A stretch of DNA of 51,262 nucleotides, the filler included, from Catajapyx aquilonaris (lineage: Eukaryota): the NCBI GenBank assembly GCA_000934665.2. It is 2 parts of 2 records of this genome, joined end to end, with 100 filler letters (N's around TTAATTAATTAA, not from the genome) between each part and the next. Parts side by side here need not be neighbours in the genome. Positions count along the whole stretch, not along the records: positions 25,691 to 51,262 come from JYFJ02005339.1; 1 more part is not named here. One strand, 5' to 3'. The notes beneath the pieces are model-generated. The model was not told where the DNA came from. It searched no databases and saw only the letters and a program-made list of their open reading frames with translations. A program made the position numbers and the translations under genes. This document shows, piece after piece, positions 45,164-51,262 of this stretch; the first letter of the stretch is position 1, and the number at the start of each line of letters is the position of its first letter.

Positions 45164-48100
45164 TCAAATAGCCATCTTCTTGTCAAATGGAAATTTCACA
45201 TCACGACATGATCCTAGATTTGAAAAGACTTAGAACTGAGTAATTGCTAGAGTGTTGCTGCGTAAAGATGTGCTTATTGTGATCCTTTCACACTGTACCT
45301 TTAGTCACAATTTGTGGCAAAACTGCAATAGACTCCCTTGCACTCATGAGTATGTTGTTGGTGCTTGCTGCACAATGTGTATTCAGTTGCCGGTCACCAA
45401 GCAGCCAAGGACATGGTGTGAATGCTTACATAGATGATCCCATCAAGGTTCACAATGGGTGGGAGTGGTTCCCTTTATGCCTATGCATAGTTAACTTGCT
45501 GTAGTGCTGTATTTATTGAGGGCAAGTTATGAGTGGCTAGGTGAAAACTGTCATTAAAAATGTAAATATGTGACAAAAAGCATATGCCCAATTTAAGTGA
45601 TAAAATCTGAACTGACGTGAGTAACATTTGGTGTGACCCATTTGCACCTTGCCACTCATTTATGTATTCGGAGATAGGTTAGTTGGCTGGGGCAGATGAT
45701 CACTGCATCAAAGGCATTGAAAACAACTGGATAGTCCAACTTGCATTCACTGCAGTCATTATATGTGCCGTAAGTTATTGTGCCACTGTTGTGGTTGTTA
45801 GGGGATGACTTAGGGATAGTTGCCCATGAATTGATGTATGATCAAATGCAAACTCTTGTGAGTATCATGTGAAAGTGTGCAGGAAACATTCGCAAGCAAA
45901 CTCTGTATATTGGTGTCACATTTCATGGGAAACTGTCATTGGAAGCAGCTATTGTTTCTGACAAGTGAGGAACTAAGACACCATTTATCCTACATTGGCC
46001 ATAAAAGGAGTAGGTGGGATGTTATTCACGACTTTTGGTGCAAAAATTAACCTCCTCCTTTTCCCAATGATGGGAAAGAAATTTGAGCTGTAACTACAAT
46101 TATTCTTAAAGGTTTGGGGTTTTTAAAGGCCTTAATTGCACAGTCAATCTCAAGATGTTACATCGTATACCATATACGTTTCTATTAGGCTACTCTCTTT
46201 GTCAAAGAAGCATGGAAAAAAATTTGGGACATATTTGGGTTCACTTTGATTACCTCAAATTAGACAATGTTAACTTGAGGTGATCAAAGTTAACCCAAAA
46301 TCTGTCACACCAATTCAGGAGGTCTAAAATATGCCACTTGTTTGGGGTACATCTTGGTGCATTGAGCATACTGCATACCAGTACTCAAAAAGAGGTGTCA
46401 GGTTGTATTGATACCATATATCATCAGGTCAAAAAATGTCTGAAGTTGCATCTAAAGTACTACTACTCTTTATGTCATCCCTGGGACACCACTGGTTGCA
46501 TTGCTTTGTGAACTGCGTAATTAATGTTTCAGTGGTTTGTTTAGAAAGTCGAGAAGATCTTGCAGTGTTCATCAGCTTTTTGTGTATACAGAGCAATGCA
46601 GCTCCTGCATTGACCCAAGAATGAAGTTTGTTCGTAATCACAAGAAAATGTGCATAACAGGTGTCCTTATGAACTTTTTGGTTGAGCTTACACATGTATG
46701 GGTTGGGTTGTAGGATAGGAAGCCAGTGCATTGAGGCTAGGTGACATTGTCAACGAAAATGTTATTGGTTTTGTTGCTCTACAAAGTACAATCTCTGTTC
46801 TGCTAGACGTAAGCACCTGTGTAACTTCGCTGACTTTCTTGTCACCCCCTCAACCTGGCTGTACAGGGCAAGGTCAATGCATGTTGAGTGAATGTGTCTG
46901 CATTGGCCATTGTGCATGCCTAACTGCATATAGTTCTGTAAGGCTCAGAGGGACTGCTAGGAACTTGAAAATGAGCACTGAAGAGGTTATGGTTAGTGGC
47001 ATCTAAAAGTGGAAATAACTGGATCAGACCACAACTTCCTTGTGTATACATGCCACCGAATTGAGGCAAACATGAGATGTACAAGTGGCTATCCACTGAG
47101 CCTATATAATGCTAAGGTAATTGTAACACAGATTATGATTATTCATCCCCAGTAGCTTATGTATTTCCTTGTTTTGTGGAACCACATTGGTTCTTAACTG
47201 TACAACTCTGCGCACTGTTTTATGTGCTGAATTTTTGGCAGAGGATAACGATGCGAATTAAAATGCATGTGGTTAGTGCACTTAAAGAAAACCACATAAG
47301 AAAATTGTTACTATTTTAATATAATGTACATGCTAATAATGAAACGAGTCATTGCATTGTCTGTGGGAATTTCCATTCTCATCATTAGTTATTGATCTCA
47401 AGTCTTTTATTTTATTGTTTGTTTTACAAACCTTGCTCTTCGACTGTTGGAAGAAGGTGGAGGTTGGATCTGAGATTCTATTGCCCATTCTCACAACAGA
47501 TTTGGTTACAAAACCTCTGGTGGTACTTTCTTCCAAGTGCAGTTACTTAGAAACCTTTCCTCCTCCCCTGACTCCCCTTCCCTCCCTCTTCCTTCAGCAT
47601 TCCCACCTGGGGGTGAAGCTGGCCAAGTCGGCTGGCTTGCTTCTCTGTGTTGGTTCTCGCTGCTTTATTCTTTATGCTGAATGGAAATGGTTTCCATCAG
47701 GAAGTGTAGAGAAAGATGGTCTTGTAAGTACCTGATTTCACTCTTGTAATGCTTCAGATTTCATGTTGCTCGTGGTTTTTAGGGTCAGGCGAGCAATCCC
47801 ATATTTTTTTTGTGCTTTTCTGCCTAACTTCCTAAGTATAAATTTTTGCATCACAAGAAACAGCCCCTGCTACATCACATACATCATCTAGTGTTATTTT
47901 GCCGAAACTTACTGAATTGTGCCGGCGCATATGTATCCTTAATCGTAGTGGATATGAGTTCGCCACGTGGTCTTCCCTTGATTTGAGGCTAGGTGAGATG
48001 GAACAATTGCAAAGTCGATTAATAACCACTTGGAAGACATATCACATGGTTTTGTTATTGTTATTGTCGTCATATATTTTTTATGGAGATTGTGACAAAT

Positions 48101-49227
48101 TGGAGAAACATTGCAAATCTATATTTACACATATTGTACTATAATATTCTTGGGAAGTACTTTGTGTACGTGCTATATTCCTGATATCGATTACATGATA
48201 GACTGTTAACCCCCTCCTGTATTTACAATTGGATGTGATAAATCAACATCACTCATTGCAGTAGCCTGCATTTAATGTTGTCACACAGCATTGTTAATGC
48301 AGAAAGAGACAAAGAAAGAGAGGCGTATTTTGTTCTTACGTGAAGTTTTCTTTCATTATCGTTGAACTCCCTGAACCTTGTAAGAGTGTACATGGCACTT
48401 ACATTGGTATCATTACTTTTAAGCATGTAAAGAATGTTCAAATCAAGTGTATCAGATGTGGGTTTTGATGGGCTGCAAAATTTTTGTTTGTGGGTTGGGC
48501 CAGGGGCCAACAAATTGCAATAACATGCCTGCTCTGTGCCATGTAAACATAGTTCTTGTTTCAGCAGGCTTCCTGACTGCTGATGGACTGCCATCTAGAT
48601 GGTTTTTATTCTGGTGACTAGATGTTGCAATTCCCAGGTCATTAGTGGGTGCAGTTTTGCAGCAGCTCTTTCCTGTACAAGACTTTACAAGGTGTGTTCT
48701 ATAGGTGTGTTCACAGCCTTTCATTGAAAGTGTGACAAATGTAGATAACACCATGAAGTTAGGCAGCCCTTGAAACCCCCATGACCACTTATTATCCATG
48801 TCACAATCCACTAGTTCAGAAATAAATCAGACGTTAGAGGCGTGCAGCACTTACTTCAGATGGTTAATATAGTGCATGGTGTGGTCATCAGTTACCTGGT
48901 GGCAAAGGGCATCATTGGCATAATTGCCTGGCAAGGCAACATCATATACCATTGTCAAAAAGCTGACTTCCCCAATGTTTATGCTTAATGCAGTAAACTA
49001 CTTATAAAATGCCCCTTGTAAGCCTGTGCAAGTTATTGAAACAGATATCCTTACATGAAAGCAGCACTGTTGCTACCACTTTTCAGAAAATGTTAATAGA
49101 TTTCGCCAAAAATGTAAGCTTTCACTACTATGGGCCTAGTTGCTTTCCTCTGAGATGAAGGCTGTGTGGCACATGTAATGTTCCTCCATCCCACCGCAAG
49201 AAGGATACAAAAATGCTGTGCTGTACA

Positions 49228-49609
49228 CAGCACCGGACTTAGGACCCCCGGGGCCCCTAGGGAGTTAACAGTCGTGATATTTTTAAAACGGTAATTTTTT
49301 ATTGAACATACCTTGACCTTCAAGTAAATCGAAAAGTACTTTTTTACACATTATAAAATTAACTGACATTTGGTAACAAGTTTATGATTTGCCTTGCAAC
49401 ATGACAAACGGTTTTTTCTGCAACTTTTCAACTGCTTTAAACTTCAGGATATGGTGACAAAAGGTACCAGCTAATTATTTTACACATACAATTTTGTTGA
49501 GATTGTTTTCACACTAATATTTTAAAAAGCGCCTTTGGCGCCAGGGCCCCCCTCCAAAGCTGTGGCCCTAGGCAGCTGCCTAGGTTGCCTAGGCCGAAGT
49601 ACAGCGCTG
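49228..49609. mobile_element. hAT-type MITE
   Basis: CAGCACCGGACTT / AAGTACAGCGCTG termini; TSD gctgtaca / actgtaca; shares taggca.ctgcctaggttg with 30123-30141. Confidence 0.7.
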
Positions 49610-49749
49610 ACTGTACACCTCATCCATACTAGGAAGAATAGTTAATACAGCTTGTTTCACTAGGTAGTCCCCCCCCAAAGAACCACCTATATTTTTCCTC
49701 CCACGTTTCGTCTACCTAGAAACACAACTACGTTCATGAGAACATAGCA

Positions 49750-49880
49750 ACATTCACAATGAATGCTGGAATTGTCCTCTACAGACATTCGGGCATACTC
49801 GAATGCGATGATCCATATTATCGAAGATACTTCGCAGCTTATTCTCATCAACATACCGGATTGCTGCACTGAGACTGTGA
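49750..49880 (-). pseudogene. Tc1/mariner transposase C-terminal scrap
   Basis: LSAAIRYVDENKLRSIFDNMDHRIRVC....GQFQHSL*. Confidence 0.6.
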
Positions 49881-50035
49881 ATACATGTTTCGGACCAATA
49901 CAATGGCAGATGACCTCCTTTAGAGGTCGAAAAAATCGAAGAGGTAAAGCACAGGCTGCTGGCATCACCGAAAAAGTCACGTCATGTGTCACAAAAAATT
50001 GTGTATTCGGTTTTCACCTGCTGAAGAGCCCTGAA

Positions 50036-50222
50036 TGGGGATATTTGCAGAATCGTGCTTATAACAATAAGCCTCTGGCATGTTAGCAGACTTGGAAAGT
50101 AACATCAGTGCAGCAATCCAGACTGTTGATGAGGATAATTATGCTGCGGACCTTCAATAATGGTATGCCGCCTTTGAGTGTGGGTGTCGATGCAGGGCAA
50201 TTATTCCAGCATTTATTGGGAA
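50036..50222 (+). pseudogene. Tc1/mariner transposase C-terminal scrap
   Basis: WGYLQNRAYNNKP / ADLESNISAAIQTVDED / LRTFNN...VDAGQLFQHLL across frameshifts. Confidence 0.65.
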
Positions 50223-51262
50223 TGGTGCTACACATTCACATGAACTTAGGTAAGTTGCACCCTTCCCCCCACCCACCCCCAAATGTCATGTTTCTAGGAA
50301 GAGTGGGAAATGAAATATACAGATGGGGACTACCTAGTGAAACATCCTGTGTAACTATGTAATGCAATATTCTGTTCCACAACTGATGAACTAGACAAAA
50401 TCTGTCGATAAAATATCAATCTTTCCCATACAGCAGTATGCCAGTAAAATAGCTATGGAGCGACCAGATTTTTGATGATGATCATCTGGTAGGCTAGTGG
50501 CATGGAGTGAAGTTTGTACAGTACAAGTAGTACTGGTATTGCATGTACTGTACTGTTAGCAGTGTTAGGGCAAGCGGCCTGCCTCTAAGTAAAAAATTGT
50601 ACCCTTTTGGTGGCACAAAATCTCTGAAACCAGAAATTGTTATAAGAGAGTTCATTTTCCTCTAATCCCCAATGAAATCTTGCATCAACACAGTTTCGAA
50701 TGCTAATTTTCTGAGATAATCCGATTAAATTCACCGAATACCTCCGTTTACCACCTGGATTGGCGAGGATTGCTTCTAGGCCTAACAACAATGGACGCAG
50801 GCCCATTTGGAACGAGATAGAATCATCCCGGAGAATATGGTTAAAACTAGTGATTTAGGGTGACCTACCTTGAGAAAAACCTCACTAAGTGCGGGCCTGG
50901 ACAGGTTCCTCAGGGGTATACCGGCCTGCTGGTCACCGTTACACTGGCATGCCACTCGATGAGCTGAATAGTACAGGAAAGAAAGGTCGGAACCCCGGAC
51001 AAATTCCTTAGCGAGATTTTTTTGTTTTAACATGTTCATATGGGTGTCCTTTACATTTGACCAAAAGTCCCCGCTTGTAGCTGCGCTGCTTCAGCCGCCA
51101 TCTTGGAAAAATGGCGCCCAAAACACGTTAACACAAAACAATATTTTTCTCCACAAGTAAGTCTTGGGCGTCTTTTTATGTGGGGATCAAATGTGTGCCA
51201 TGTGAATCAAGGATTATTTTAAGACTATGGAAAAGGACACAGAGGTCATAGGTCACTGTCCA

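Noticed and set aside
41490..49200. Short ORFs downstream of ERR
   Set aside because: AT-rich UTR or intergenic sequence with MITEs; no domain or exon chain
50585..51160. Start of another gene (ATGGCG motifs on both strands, splice-like sites)
   Set aside because: Both ATGs hit stops quickly (MAPKTR*, MAAEAAQLQAGTFGQM*) and no phase-consistent model or known domain emerged

Overview
Eukaryotic (arthropod, probably insect) genomic scaffold that is rich in repeats. It has one assembly gap (25591-25690) carrying a TTAATTAATTAA linker. Two host genes could be rebuilt by hand with consistent splice phases. One is a 9-exon estrogen-related receptor (ERR) gene on + (34970-41489, about 446 aa). The other is a 13-exon, about 986-aa coiled-coil gene on - (15027-21251) that resembles the C10orf67/DUF4709 family; the last two exons of a diverged tandem paralog lie just upstream of it (22187-22712). 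The first 13 kb is a cluster of mobile elements: a broken P-element-type transposase, a MATH-BTB (SPOP-like) relic, an intron-containing Merlin/ISXO2 transposase, an env-like fragment with an antisense ORF, and an intact Ty3/Gypsy element. The Gypsy element has LTRs identical over the 288 bp that can be compared, a -1 frameshift signal and an unusual third ORF with an Arg-rich, Rev-like motif. The rest is SINEs, MITEs, hairpins and transposase scraps. Family assignments come from motif recognition and memory, not from database searches.
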